This document shows, in pieces, positions 34,985-46,300 of a stretch of 64,000 bases of DNA. The stretch's first letter is position 1; each line of letters begins with the position of its first letter. A program made the translations under genes and the position numbers. The notes beneath the pieces are model-generated. The model saw only the letters and a program-made list of their open reading frames with translations. It searched no databases and was not told the DNA's origin. Source of the DNA: Bacteroidota bacterium (GTDB lineage Bacteria; Bacteroidota; Bacteroidia; Bacteroidales; UBA4417); contig JAKLFM010000002.1 in the NCBI GenBank assembly GCA_022711175.1, positions 1,274-65,273 on the forward strand, in the 5' to 3' direction.

Positions 34985-35545
34985 TCAACGGGTTTCCACA
35001 ACTTTCAGCACTTTTTCAACTTCTGACTGTAAACTTTGTATGGAATGGTCGTTCATAAAAGTATAATCGGCCATGCGGATGCACTTCCCGATGTTTTGTT
35101 TGTTCGGATCGTCAGAAGCCATCTCTCGCTGCTCATTTTCGATAAAGGTGAAATAGGAAATCCGGTCGGTTTCGCTGTTGCGTTTCACAATGCGTTCGTA
35201 GCGAACCAAAGGATCGGCATCCACGGCAAACAGAATGAAATTGCCTTTCGATCTGAGCGATTCCACCTCACCGGGTGTGCGGATGCTTTCGATGATGCTG
35301 TTTTTGCCACCAAGTTTTGCCTGTTGGTGCAGTTGATCGGTAATCCACGAAGGTGAATGCTTTGCCCGTAAATCGTTAGCTACCAATACCATGCTGTCGC
35401 GGTTCACAACCATACCCCGCCGAACGATCTCTTCAGAGATAAATCCGCGCACCGAAAAATGAACAAATCCCTTTTCTTTAACCAGGAAATCAACAATGGT
35501 TCCTTTTCCCGCGCCGAGGGTTCCGGTAATTCCGATGATCAGCAT
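34985..35545 (-). CDS. P-loop nucleoside/nucleotide kinase-like protein
   Basis: P-loop IGITGTLGAGKGT at the N-terminus. 186 aa. Specificity not assignable. Confidence 0.6.
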   Translation of the reverse strand: MLIIGITGTLGAGKGTIVDFLVKEKGFVHFSVRGFISEEIVRRGMVVNRDSMVLVANDLRAKHSPSWITDQLHQQAKLGGKNSIIESIRTPGEVESLRSKGNFILFAVDADPLVRYERIVKRNSETDRISYFTFIENEQREMASDDPNKQNIGKCIRMADYTFMNDHSIQSLQSEVEKVLKVVETR

Positions 35546-35809
35546 TTCTCAGTAGATTATGTCAATAAATATTTTATATTAATTGATTCATACTTATTTA
35601 AAGGCTTCTGTTTCAAGCATTTCCTTCAAGAGTTGTATTTTCAAAGTAAAACAACAAGATAGACTTTTTCTGCTTTGGTGAAATGGATTAAATGACCTTT
35701 TCAGATGTTTTCACCGCAATAGATAAACAGAGCATAGAGAATCCACATTAGAACCCGATGTACTTTACTGATATGGAGATCCTTGCATGTGTGATGAGGT
35801 ATCAAAAGA

Positions 35810-36580
35810 TTATCTTACCATTTTTCTATTCTGTTCTTCAATCCATATTTCAGTATTTTCAATTTCCACTTCATACTCCTTCTGTTTCAACTCCAGCTTA
35901 AGGAATAGTTTACGCATTTCTTCAGAGTTAGATTCTTTTCTTGGGTAATCATTAAGTGCTTTCAAAACAGATTCTGAGCATTTGGTTGATTCCAATGCTT
36001 TACCAAGCATGTAAATAGGTAGAAAAAATTCATCAGGGCCTGATACAGAAGTACCTAAAATAATACCATTTTTATCAATTATCCAATAATTAGGCGTACC
36101 AACCGGAGGATCAGCAAGTTTCTTATGCTTAAACATTTTGAAAATGTTTCTTTTAGTATAAAGTTGTATTCCAACGAGATGATTCGAGTCGATATAGTTT
36201 CTCCATTCGTTAAAGCTCACCCGGTGATCGCAAACTTTTATTAAAACAATCTGATTATCTATTCCTAATGTTTCTAAGCTTGAAAGCAACAAAGGCTCAT
36301 ATCTGTTATCAATTAATGAAGATCCACATACCGGATCCCAAAAACCAAGGTAGATAACTTTTCCTCTGTATTTTTTCAAATCTACCTTTTGTCCTGTTAG
36401 ATCAACTAGTCCTTTTAGTTTAATTTTTGTACCCGACAATGGAATCATACGTGAAGAATATCTGATATTCCATAATGAATCACTTTGACTCGAAGCTTTT
36501 ATTGTCAGTAGCAATAATAAGAGAACTCCTAATCCTTTCATAAATATGATAAAACAAGTTTTAAATCTATTTAAAATCAT
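35810..36580 (-). CDS. thioredoxin-fold-like secreted protein with a degenerate active site (AT-rich gene)
   Basis: N-terminal hydrophobic segment. KVIYLGFWDPVCGSS has a single Cys where TlpA-type proteins have WCxxC. The start overlaps the LOG stop by 14 nt. Confidence 0.45.
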   Translation of the reverse strand: MILNRFKTCFIIFMKGLGVLLLLLLTIKASSQSDSLWNIRYSSRMIPLSGTKIKLKGLVDLTGQKVDLKKYRGKVIYLGFWDPVCGSSLIDNRYEPLLLSSLETLGIDNQIVLIKVCDHRVSFNEWRNYIDSNHLVGIQLYTKRNIFKMFKHKKLADPPVGTPNYWIIDKNGIILGTSVSGPDEFFLPIYMLGKALESTKCSESVLKALNDYPRKESNSEEMRKLFLKLELKQKEYEVEIENTEIWIEEQNRKMVR

Positions 36581-37175
36581 TTTCCTTCAATTCTTTAATC
36601 CATTTACCCCCTTCGACCTTCACAGGTATATAACTTGCAATTCTTTCAAGAAGCAGGTTTTCATCACTTTCACAGATTAGATTCCGGAAGTGTTCTGATT
36701 TTACAAACCGCTGGGTCACTGAATGATCGAGAAATTTCATCAGGTGATCGTAATAGCCATTGACATTAAAAAGGGCAACCGGTTTATCGATAAGTTCCAG
36801 TTGATTCCAGCTCATCACTTCGAAAAGTTCGTCCAATGTGCCTATCCCGCCCGGCATGGCAATGAAGGCGTCAGACAGTTCATTCATCAGGGCTTTGCGC
36901 TCCGACATGGTATCAACTTCATGAAACTCGCTGATGCCGGTGTGTGCTACTTCCCGCCTGATGAGGCTGTGAGGCATTACCCCGACAACTTTGCCACCGG
37001 CTTCCATCATGGTATCGGCAATCACCCGCATAAGTCCTACATTGCTGCCGCCGTAAACGAGCGTTATCTTTTTTTCGGCAAGCATGAGTGCAAGCTTACG
37101 GGCTTTCATGGTATATACGGCTTCACTGCCGCTTGATGAGCCGCAGAAAATGCAGATGGAGTTTATTTCAGGCAT
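36567..37175 (-). CDS. LOG family (TIGR00730) nucleotide phosphoribohydrolase
   Basis: LVYGGSNVGLMRVIAD and AMPGGIGTLDELFE motifs. Confidence 0.85.
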   Translation of the reverse strand: MPEINSICIFCGSSSGSEAVYTMKARKLALMLAEKKITLVYGGSNVGLMRVIADTMMEAGGKVVGVMPHSLIRREVAHTGISEFHEVDTMSERKALMNELSDAFIAMPGGIGTLDELFEVMSWNQLELIDKPVALFNVNGYYDHLMKFLDHSVTQRFVKSEHFRNLICESDENLLLERIASYIPVKVEGGKWIKELKENDFK

Positions 37176-37228
37176 GGGTTTTTTTGAGTTTCAGGTTTGA
37201 AGTTTCAAGTTTCATGTTGGTTCGATTC

Positions 37229-37930
37229 TCAGCTGTTAGAAAGACTCATCCCGAAAACTTCGGCGATGTTCCTGCTGAGCACTTTTTTCACAGCATCTAT
37301 ATCCATCATTCTCCCCAGTTCCTTTTGGAGCGACGTGACCTGCTTGTCAGTAAACCCACAGGGATTAATCATGTTGAAATAGGAAAGATCGGTATTCACA
37401 TTGAAGGCAAAACCATGCATACTTACGCCCCGGCTCACACGGACCCCAATGGCACAAATTTTCCGGGTTTTACCGGGAATGCGGGTATCAATCCAAACAC
37501 CGGTCGCACCGGTAAGCCGTTCACCGGCAATTTTATATTCTTTCAGGGCCAGAATGATTGATTCTTCGAGTTTTTCGATGTATTCGCGCACTCCTTTCAC
37601 AAAATAATCGAGGTTGAGGATGGGATAACCTACAATTTGTCCCGGGCCGTGATAAGTAATATCGCCACCGCGGTTGGTGTGGACGAACTCGGCGTTTTTC
37701 GCCTGTAACTGTATATAATTGGCCAGCAGGTTATCCTCCGAACCGCTTTTGCCAAGGGTAAAAACGTGCGGATGCTCTACAAACAGTAAATAGTTATCAG
37801 TGAATTGGTTAATGGGTTGATTCTTTAGCAATGCAAGTTTCTGGCTGATGATTTGCTGCATCAGGTTTTCCTGGTAGTCCCAGGCTTGCTGGTATGGCAT
37901 GAGGCCAAGGTCGCGAAATGTGGCTTTCAT
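37229..37930 (-). CDS. lipB: octanoyltransferase
   Basis: RGGDITYHGPGQ and KICAIGV motifs. Start moved from the TTG at 37948 to ATG 37930 (MKATFRDLGLMPYQQAW). Confidence 0.9.
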   Translation of the reverse strand: MKATFRDLGLMPYQQAWDYQENLMQQIISQKLALLKNQPINQFTDNYLLFVEHPHVFTLGKSGSEDNLLANYIQLQAKNAEFVHTNRGGDITYHGPGQIVGYPILNLDYFVKGVREYIEKLEESIILALKEYKIAGERLTGATGVWIDTRIPGKTRKICAIGVRVSRGVSMHGFAFNVNTDLSYFNMINPCGFTDKQVTSLQKELGRMMDIDAVKKVLSRNIAEVFGMSLSNS

Positions 37931-38003
37931 AGGTATATCTTCTTTCAACCACTAACACAAAGGATCATCTATGTGTTTCTGAATGGTCTGAGTGTCTTAG
38001 TGG

Positions 38004-38867
38004 TTAAGATTTAATGTGCTTTTCAGCATGATAACTGCTCCTAACCAGCGGCTTACTCTCCACGTGGGTAAAGCCTTTCGCCAGTCCGGCAATGCGGTAC
38101 TTCTCAAACTGTTCGGGATGGATGTATTCGGCAACCGGTAAATGATCAGGCGTAGGCTGTAAATACTGCCCGATGGTGAAAATGCTGCAACTGGCTTTTC
38201 GCAGGTCATCCATAGTTCCAAGCACTTCGTCCTCACTTTCACCCAATCCAACCATGATGCCCGATTTTGCCGGGATGCCTGATGCGGCAATCTGCTTTAA
38301 AACCTCAAGGCTGCGATCGTACTGAGCGGCACTACGAACCTGTGGCGTTAGCCTGCGCACCGTTTCGAGATTATGCGAAATAATTTCAGGGGCAGCATCA
38401 ATCACGATCTGCAGATTTTCTTTATTACCGCCAAAATCAGGTACAAGGGTTTCGATGGTTGTACCGGGATTCAGTTCTTTTACTTGCTTCACAGTGGCAG
38501 CCCAGAGTGCAGCACCTCCGTCGGGTAGGTCATCGCGGTCAACTGATGTTATCACAACATGTTTCAGTTGCAGGTGTTTTACCGATTGTGCTATCTTCTC
38601 AGGCTCCTGTTCATCCACCGGCAAAGGGCGGCCGGTTTTTGTCGCGCAAAATTTACAACTGCGTGTGCAGATGTCTCCCAGGATCATGAAGGTAGCCGTT
38701 CCGGCATTCCAGCATTCGCCCATATTCGGGCATTTGCCGCTGGAACAGATGGTATGAAGCCCTTTCTCCTGCAATATTCCTTTCACTTTCAGATAATTGT
38801 CGCCTTTTGGCAACCTGATCTTCAGCCAGTCGGGTTTGCGGAGGTGTGTAGTATCTTTTTCAGGCAT
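38004..38867 (-). CDS. lipA: lipoyl synthase (radical SAM)
   Basis: N-terminal cluster CSSGKCPNMGEC and radical-SAM motif CTRSCKFC. Confidence 0.95.
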   Translation of the reverse strand: MPEKDTTHLRKPDWLKIRLPKGDNYLKVKGILQEKGLHTICSSGKCPNMGECWNAGTATFMILGDICTRSCKFCATKTGRPLPVDEQEPEKIAQSVKHLQLKHVVITSVDRDDLPDGGAALWAATVKQVKELNPGTTIETLVPDFGGNKENLQIVIDAAPEIISHNLETVRRLTPQVRSAAQYDRSLEVLKQIAASGIPAKSGIMVGLGESEDEVLGTMDDLRKASCSIFTIGQYLQPTPDHLPVAEYIHPEQFEKYRIAGLAKGFTHVESKPLVRSSYHAEKHIKS

Positions 38868-39084
38868 CGAAACGAGTGTATGTGTTTCTATCAGAGTATT
38901 TTAAATTGCCATGATATATTTCTGGCAGTCAAATATCATTGTATTGAAAGTATTGTCAAAAGTACAGTTTTCAGCCGGATTCAATGGGTTGTTCGTCCTT
39001 CTGTTCCGAATAATGTTGTATTTTTGATCTCTCAAATCCAGGAAATACCGGCTAAAAAGAGCATAAACGTATTTCAACTTCCCG

Positions 39085-40065
39085 ATGAACACACTCTATC
39101 CGCTGAAATTTACTCCTATTTTCAAAGATAAAATTTGGGGAGGCCGAAAGGTTAAGACCTTATTCGGACAGGACTTCGCCCCGTTGCGCAATTGCGGCGA
39201 ATCATGGGTGCTATCAGCTTATGGCGATGAAATAAGCGTTGTTTCCAATGGATTCCTGGCTGGTAATGACCTCAGTGAACTGGTTGAGGTTTTTATGGGA
39301 GATCTGGTGGGCGAGAAAGTTTACCAGCAATCGGGTGAAGTATTTCCTTTGCTGATCAAGCTGGTTGATGCCAACGACTGGCTTTCAATACAAGTGCATC
39401 CTGACGATGCAATGGCGCAAAGGCTCGGTCATCCCAACGGGAAAACCGAAATGTGGTACGTGGTGGATGCCGATGCGAACTCTGAACTTATCTCGGGTTT
39501 CAATCGTGAAATAACAAAAGAGGAGTACCTGCGTTGCCTCGAAAACAAAACGCTGAAATCAATCCTCAACTTTGAGAAAGTAAGAGCAGGCGATGTTTTT
39601 AATATGCCGGCCGGACGAGTGCATGCCATGGGGCCGGGGATACTGATCGCCGAAATACAGCAGACAAGCGACCTTACATACCGTATCTACGATTTCGACC
39701 GTGTGGATGAAAAGGGTATGACGCGCGAACTGCATACCGACCTTGCCCTGCAGGCCATTGATTTCAGGCATTACGACAGTTACCGTACTGAGTATGATCC
39801 GGCTTTCAACAAAACCGTTAACCTGGTAACCGCACAGTACTTCTCCACCAGCCTTATTCATTTTGGCACGCCGGTTGTAAAGGATTACAGCGGCATCGAT
39901 TCGTTTGTTGTGTTGTTCTGTGTTGCCGGCGCCTGTGATGTTGAATATGAAGGAGGCTCCGAAGAACTAAAAGGAGGCGAAGTGGTGCTGGTTCCTGCTG
40001 CTATGGAACAGGTTAAACTGATTCCCGGCGGCGAAACAAAACTGCTCGAAATATATGTGCCCTGA
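39085..40065 (+). CDS. manA: class I mannose-6-phosphate isomerase
   Basis: LSIQVHPDD, GKTEMWYV and VHAMGPGILIAEIQQTSDLTYRIYD (cupin metal ligands). Confidence 0.8.
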   Translation: MNTLYPLKFTPIFKDKIWGGRKVKTLFGQDFAPLRNCGESWVLSAYGDEISVVSNGFLAGNDLSELVEVFMGDLVGEKVYQQSGEVFPLLIKLVDANDWLSIQVHPDDAMAQRLGHPNGKTEMWYVVDADANSELISGFNREITKEEYLRCLENKTLKSILNFEKVRAGDVFNMPAGRVHAMGPGILIAEIQQTSDLTYRIYDFDRVDEKGMTRELHTDLALQAIDFRHYDSYRTEYDPAFNKTVNLVTAQYFSTSLIHFGTPVVKDYSGIDSFVVLFCVAGACDVEYEGGSEELKGGEVVLVPAAMEQVKLIPGGETKLLEIYVP

Positions 40066-40119
40066 TGCCTGCGGTTTAATTGCATCAATTACAAACCCCA
40101 CTCATAAACCTGATTTAAC

Positions 40120-40644
40120 ATGAAAAAACTCATCTTTTTTTCGCTTATCATTCTCGCCGGGATGAGGCTTGCAGCACAGGAGGAATTCAAGCCCCTGTTT
40201 AAAATCCCTTCGATTGTTGTAACCGATATTGACGGTAATAAAATTAACACTGCCGAACTTACCAACAATGGCAAACCTTTTATCCTCAGCTTCTGGGCAA
40301 CATGGTGCAAACCTTGTGTGAAGGAACTTACCACCATTGCCGATGTTTACCAGGACTGGCAGGATGAAACCGGTGTGAAGCTTATTGCTGTCTCCATCGA
40401 CAATTCTCGCTCGGTGGCGCAGGTTAAACCCATGGTGAACGGTAAAAACTGGGATTACCAGGTGCTGCTCGATGTGAACAACGAACTCAAGCGTGCCATG
40501 AACGTAAATGCCGTTCCGCATACTTTCCTGGTGAATGGCAAAGGCGAGGTAGTATGGCAGCATACCAGTTTCAGCGAAGGCGCCGAACTTGAACTCATCG
40601 GGTTGGTGAAAGATCTGGTGAAATCAGAAGAAGCCGCAAAATAA
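40120..40644 (+). CDS. TlpA-family thiol-disulfide oxidoreductase
   Basis: Signal peptide. FWATWCKPCVKE (CxxC). Confidence 0.85.
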   Translation: MKKLIFFSLIILAGMRLAAQEEFKPLFKIPSIVVTDIDGNKINTAELTNNGKPFILSFWATWCKPCVKELTTIADVYQDWQDETGVKLIAVSIDNSRSVAQVKPMVNGKNWDYQVLLDVNNELKRAMNVNAVPHTFLVNGKGEVVWQHTSFSEGAELELIGLVKDLVKSEEAAK

Positions 40645-40674
40645 TCAAATCAGTCAATCACATAAGATTCATTT

Positions 40675-42357
40675 ATGTTGAAACTTAATCTAAACCGTCT
40701 TTCCGGCATACTGGCACTTGCATTAACAGCGGTGCCGGTTTTTATTTCGGCTCAAAACTTTTTACAGGGAGGCCAGGTAAACGGCAACTTCCAGATGGAT
40801 GCACAGTTTTACCGCACCGATTCGGCCATACAGGCTTTTGCGGTTCCCGAAAAAATGATGATGAACAGCTGGACCAATCTCACTTATAACCTTGGCAATT
40901 TCAACGCCGGCATGCGGTTCGAAACCTACCTTAACCCGGTGAACGGTTACGACCCAAGGTACAAAGGCACGGGCGTTCCTTACTGGTTTGCCGATTACCG
41001 CTCCGACCAGTTCGAGGTTACAGCAGGACATATTTATGAGCAGTTTGGTTCGGGGATGGCTTTTAGAACCTATGAAGAACACAACCTCGGATACGACAAT
41101 GCACTGCGGGGTGTCAGGGTGAAATTCAACCCGGTGAACGGCATCGAATTTAAAGGCATTTGGGGTACACAGCGCTATTTTTGGGAACAGGGACCCGGGA
41201 TTGTCAGGGGAGGAGATGCTGATATCAATCTCAATCAGGTAATCAAGAAATTTGAAAGTAGCAAACTCAAACTTCAGTTAGGTGGCAGCTTCGTGAGCAA
41301 ATACCAGCCAAACGAAATTATCACTGATCATGACGGTAATGAGCTCATATTACCGCTCAATGTCGCGACCTCTGCCGGGCGATTCAATATTGGTTACGGC
41401 AGGTTTGGCCTTTCGGCTGAATACGCTTATAAAATCAACGATCCGTCGGCGGCCAATAACTACATCTACCGTCCGGGACAATCGTTGCTGGTTACCACTA
41501 CCTATTCGCAAAAAGGACTTGGTGTGATGCTTCAGGCTAAACGTATCGAAAACATGAGCTATAAATCGAAACGTACCGAAACCGGTAATGTGCTTGATAT
41601 CAATTACCTGCCGGCAATTACAAGGCAGCATGCCTATTCGCTTGCGGCTATGTATCCTTACGCTACGCAGCCAAACGGTGAAATGGGCATACAGGGGCAG
41701 CTAAATTATAACATCAAAAAAGGAACGCTGCTGGGCGGCCATTATGGAACTGACATTGCCCTGAATTTCTCTGCCATTTCATCTCCAAAGCTTGAAATGA
41801 TCGATACTATTGCCCTGTCAACTCCGGGTACAAAAGGGTACGAATCTCCATTTTTTGCAATAGGAGACGAACTGTATTACAGGGATATAAACCTTGAAAT
41901 CAGCCACAAATTTGGTAAGAAATTCAAAGGTAGTCTCACCCTGATGCGCGAGGATTACAACATCGAAGTTATAGAAGGCCATACCGGCGAAGAGATGGTT
42001 CATGCAAACATTGCCATTGCTGAATTAACATACAAGTTTACCAGCACAAAAGCACTCAGAGGCGAATTTCAATGGCTTGGCACAAAGCAGGATGACGGCA
42101 GCTGGGCAATGGCTATGCTTGAATATACGGTTGCACCTAAATGGTTTTTCAGCGTGACCGATATGTACAACTATGGTAATGAGGTAGTTGACAACCGCCT
42201 GCATTATCCGCTGGTTTCGGTTGCATACAATAACAATGCCAACAGGATACAGGTTTCGTATGGCAAGCAGCGCGAAGGCATTGTCTGTGTTGGCGGAGTT
42301 TGTCGCAGTGTGCCGGCTTCCAACGGCCTCACAGTCACAATTACCAGTAGTTTCTGA
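40675..42357 (+). CDS. predicted outer-membrane beta-barrel protein (DUF6029-like from memory)
   Basis: Signal peptide LALTAVPVFISAQ. Alternating beta-strand pattern throughout, ending ...LTVTITSSF (C-terminal aromatic residue). Confidence 0.55.
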   Translation: MLKLNLNRLSGILALALTAVPVFISAQNFLQGGQVNGNFQMDAQFYRTDSAIQAFAVPEKMMMNSWTNLTYNLGNFNAGMRFETYLNPVNGYDPRYKGTGVPYWFADYRSDQFEVTAGHIYEQFGSGMAFRTYEEHNLGYDNALRGVRVKFNPVNGIEFKGIWGTQRYFWEQGPGIVRGGDADINLNQVIKKFESSKLKLQLGGSFVSKYQPNEIITDHDGNELILPLNVATSAGRFNIGYGRFGLSAEYAYKINDPSAANNYIYRPGQSLLVTTTYSQKGLGVMLQAKRIENMSYKSKRTETGNVLDINYLPAITRQHAYSLAAMYPYATQPNGEMGIQGQLNYNIKKGTLLGGHYGTDIALNFSAISSPKLEMIDTIALSTPGTKGYESPFFAIGDELYYRDINLEISHKFGKKFKGSLTLMREDYNIEVIEGHTGEEMVHANIAIAELTYKFTSTKALRGEFQWLGTKQDDGSWAMAMLEYTVAPKWFFSVTDMYNYGNEVVDNRLHYPLVSVAYNNNANRIQVSYGKQREGIVCVGGVCRSVPASNGLTVTITSSF

Positions 42358-42382
42358 TGTATAACTCCGAAAATCATCGACA

Positions 42383-43291
42383 ATGAAAAAGACTAAATAT
42401 ATTTTCAGAATAGTTCTCCTGGTTGCGTCAGTAACATGGCTGCTGAATTCCTGTGATAAAATTGATGAACCTTATGTGATTAAGAAAGAAGTGATTGACA
42501 CAGCTCAGTGCCCGGTCCCTGATTTTCCGGCTGTAACCAATCCTGTGAAGAGAGTGCTTCTCGAAGATTATACCGGCCACACCTGTGTGAATTGCCCGCG
42601 GGCTGCTGTGACTGCACGCGAATTGATGGAGCAATACGGCGAACAGCTTGTTGTTATTGCCGTGCATGCCGGTTACTTTGCCAAACCTCTGGCGGCGCCA
42701 TTTGATTATGATTTCAGAACACCTGCAGGGACATCCTGGGACGATTTCTTCGGCATCGGCGATGTGGGCAATCCCAATGGCATGGTAAACAGGGTAGGTT
42801 ATCCTGCTCAGCATATCCTCTCGCCTTCAGCATGGGGAAATGCCGTTGCAAATGCTGTGACTGCAGCGCCACTGGCGGAGTTGCAGATGATAAGTGAATA
42901 TGACGAAACATCTTCAAAACTTTGTGTTCATACAAAGACAACATTTCTGCAGAACATTACCAACAGGGAACTCAAGCTTTCGGTCGTAATTGTTGAGGAC
43001 AGCATTGTGCAGGCTCAGAAAAACAATGATGCGCAGGTCGGCCTGACTCCTCAAATTAACGATTATGTGCACATGCATGTTTTGCGCGGCGCAGTGAATT
43101 CGGCCTGGGGTGAAAAAATCCTTGAGAAAGGCACTGTATCAGGCGATCCTGTAATAAAATCGTACCAAACCAAACTCGAAGGTTTTAATATCTACGAAAT
43201 GGAACCTGATCATTGCCGCGTTATAGCTTTTATTTATGATGGTGAAACGTACGAAGTACTTCAGGTTACTGAATCCAGGCTCGTCGAATAA
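42383..43291 (+). CDS. Omp28-related lipoprotein with a thioredoxin-like CxxC
   Basis: Lipobox LLNSC. LLEDYTGHTCVNCPRA. Confidence 0.6.
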   Translation: MKKTKYIFRIVLLVASVTWLLNSCDKIDEPYVIKKEVIDTAQCPVPDFPAVTNPVKRVLLEDYTGHTCVNCPRAAVTARELMEQYGEQLVVIAVHAGYFAKPLAAPFDYDFRTPAGTSWDDFFGIGDVGNPNGMVNRVGYPAQHILSPSAWGNAVANAVTAAPLAELQMISEYDETSSKLCVHTKTTFLQNITNRELKLSVVIVEDSIVQAQKNNDAQVGLTPQINDYVHMHVLRGAVNSAWGEKILEKGTVSGDPVIKSYQTKLEGFNIYEMEPDHCRVIAFIYDGETYEVLQVTESRLVE

Positions 43292-43318
43292 AGCCATCAG
43301 CTCATGAAAATTAAATAA

Positions 43319-43352
43319 CCCCGCTACAGTTTTCCGGTAGCGGGGTTTTAAT
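43319..43352. terminator. Bidirectional rho-independent terminator between convergent genes
   Basis: CCCCGCTAC (43319-43327) pairs with GTAGCGGGG (43337-43345). An A-run lies upstream and a T-run downstream. Confidence 0.7.
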
Positions 43353-43375
43353 TTTATCAGTTACTTTCCTGACAA

Positions 43376-46300
43376 CTATCTTGTTACAATCAGCTTCCTG
43401 ATGAATTGATGGTTGTTGTTCATTACGGTAACAAAGTAAAGTCCGGCAGGCAGATTCCTTACATTTATTGTTTTTGCACTGGCGGCTGCTATGTTTGCCT
43501 GGCTGAAAACAGTTTTGCTCAGTGCATCGGTTATGCGGAGGTTTACAGTGCCGCTCATGCCGCTAAAACTAATGGTGGCTGAACTGGAGGCAGGATTTGG
43601 ATAGATGTTCACATCAGGATTACGGTTCTCGGCCACATCGGTGCAATACTCTACGTTGATATACGCGGCTTTGAACAGTGAACTTGTGGTTGTGCCATTA
43701 CCAATAGTGAGTGTAACATCGTAGGTTCCAGGGTTAGCATAAACCACTGTGGGATTCTGTTCATTGCTGGTAGCAGGCTCGCCGCCGGTGAATGTCCATT
43801 CCCATGTTGTGGCTCCTCCTGTTGAATAATCGGTAAAAACAGTTGAGCCGCCGTCGCAAATAGTCGATGGCTGGGCAATGAAATTTGCATTGAGTGGCGA
43901 AGCAAGTATTCCGAAGAACTCGATGATACGCAGCATGTACTCGTTACGGGTGGCAGGGAAGTCGCCATTGACTAATCCTCCGAATTCAAATGCCGAACCA
44001 ATCGTTTTGTATGTTCCGGCATTGTTGGCCACAGCGGTGATATAATAGGGTGAACTGTTTTTATAAATATTGAAGGCACTGCCGGTTGGAGCAATGTGGT
44101 CAATAAAATCGTTGTCGCCGTCGTAGGTTAGTGTCAATCCATCGGTAAACGAACCTGCCTGTCCAAGCTCGGTTGAAAGGTCATTCGAGCCGTCCATAAT
44201 TCCGTTGATGTTAAACAGCGCATGAACAGCAGTTTTCGGATCGTAATACCAGGTATCGGCGCCTTCCATGTAAATGTTTCCGCCATTGTTTATAAAATCG
44301 GCAAGCAATTGTCCCTGGGCAGAGGTCAGAACATATTTCTTGGTGCCTGTACCAAGACAAACGAACAGCGTTTGATAACCGGTGAGATCAGCAGGCATTG
44401 CAGTTACATAATCGGCAAAAATGTTGTTGGCCTGTAGCGATTCGAGGATCACCGGGCCTGAATTGTTATTCTTATCGAGGTCAATCACTGCAACCGGTAT
44501 TTGTCCGATAACAACCGACAACGCTGAAGATGCTGAAAGTCCCTTGTCAGCGCTCATGGCAAAAGCGGCAGGAACAACATGTCCGGCAGGAGTATCGCCG
44601 CTGGCCTGAATGGTGAAGGAACGAGGCACAGTTTCGCCGGCCGGTATATCGCCATAAGTTTGTGTATTTGCCGACAGAAGGCTGAGATATGGATCATTAA
44701 ACGAAATTTGACCTGAACCATTTTTTATTTCTGCTGACCCACTGTTTGAAATATTCAACACCAGGTCGAAGGTTTCACCGGGTTCGGCCATGCCGTTATT
44801 GTTACCTGTGGCATCGTTGATGGTGAAGGATCCGAATGTCAGAACACCGGCATGAGCAGTAAAACTGAAATTGCCATTCCAAACATAACTGTCGCTGGTC
44901 GCTGTATAATGCAACGAAATGGTGTGCAGGTCAGGGATGTTGTCGGGCAGATGGAAAGCAAAGCCATCAGTAATGGCAACGGTCTCATTGGCCGGAATGA
45001 GGGGATAGAGTTCCGAACTATCAGTGATTTGGATGTATTCGTCAGTGGTGGTGATGGTTACATTAACATTTTGAGCATCAAGAATGCCGATGTTTTTTAG
45101 TGTAAGCGAAACACCCACCGTTTCACCGTAATCAGCCAGCCCGTTATTGTTAAACAGGGCATCATCAAGTGACGATGCGTTGTAGATAAGGTAAGGCCCG
45201 GCATTTGGAATTACCGGGATATCAGCTAAATATGCAAGTCTGTTGAATCCGGTTATAACAAGCTGAAGCGTGTCGGGTTGTTCGAGTGCGGGGAAGGAGA
45301 GGGTGAGTGTTCCTCCGGTGATAAACCCGGCAGCTATGATTTGATTCTGACTCGAGAGGCCAACCAGGGCGCCTTCTGCATCAGCATTGACAACAAATTC
45401 CGACGAGCCGATAAAAATTTGTGCTTCGTGGGTGGCCGAAATAGTTTGCGGCATAGCGGTATAAACGTTTACTGATGGATCTCCGAAGATTGTCCAGGTA
45501 TCGGTCATATCTGAACCGTCACCTCCGTATGAATCGTTCATTTTGTAGCAACCGTTAATTGAAAGCCCGCCAAATGTGCGTTTTATGTTATCAGGATAAG
45601 TTTCGACCAGGATATTGTTCATCTCATCTTCACCTTCCATAGGTGGGTTCCAGCTTTGGTTTATTGTTGACATGAAAGTGGCAATAGCACCGGTTGGGCC
45701 TGTCGAATTTTTGGCACGCAACCAGGCTTCGGCAAAGCAGGTACCTCCCGGGAAATTGCCGTTTACACACGCAACACTCCAAATGAAAGGCCACCTGTGA
45801 TTGTTGGTAAGTGCGTTGACGTTGTTATTTGAAAATCCGGTTGTTCCCCATGACTGATCACTGCCATGGCCTGTGTAGTTGATAATCCCCGATCCCGGGT
45901 TAACAAACGACGCAACCATAGCAGGTGTAGGGTTACCTGACTGGTCTTCGCCTCCCTGTGATCCATCGTATAATTCGGCTACCGATGTGTAGGTAAAGCC
46001 AAGCAATTGGTCGCGTATGTTGCGTATATGCTGGTAATCGTACTCGCCTTCATCACCCGGTCCCTGATCGGAGCCGATCCCGATCCCTTTGCTGAACCAA
46101 TCAATCGAAACATCAGGATTTTTTTCATATTCAAGGGTACGCTGTACCATGGTATTCACATGATCAACAGTTTCGGCCGAAAACCTGCCGACAATAATGT
46201 CAGGATAATGGTCGTTACCAACAATATAGCCGTATGCATTGTCCGACGGTCCTGCAATACTGCCCGAAGTGTTTGTTACAATCTGAGCAGCGTCGCCAAC

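Noticed and set aside
37219-37230. tRNA-like T-arm sequence GGTTCGATTCTC
   Set aside because: No acceptor stem, D-arm or anticodon arm can be folded from the flanks. It lies in the lipB-LOG word-repeat spacer and overlaps the lipB stop codon.
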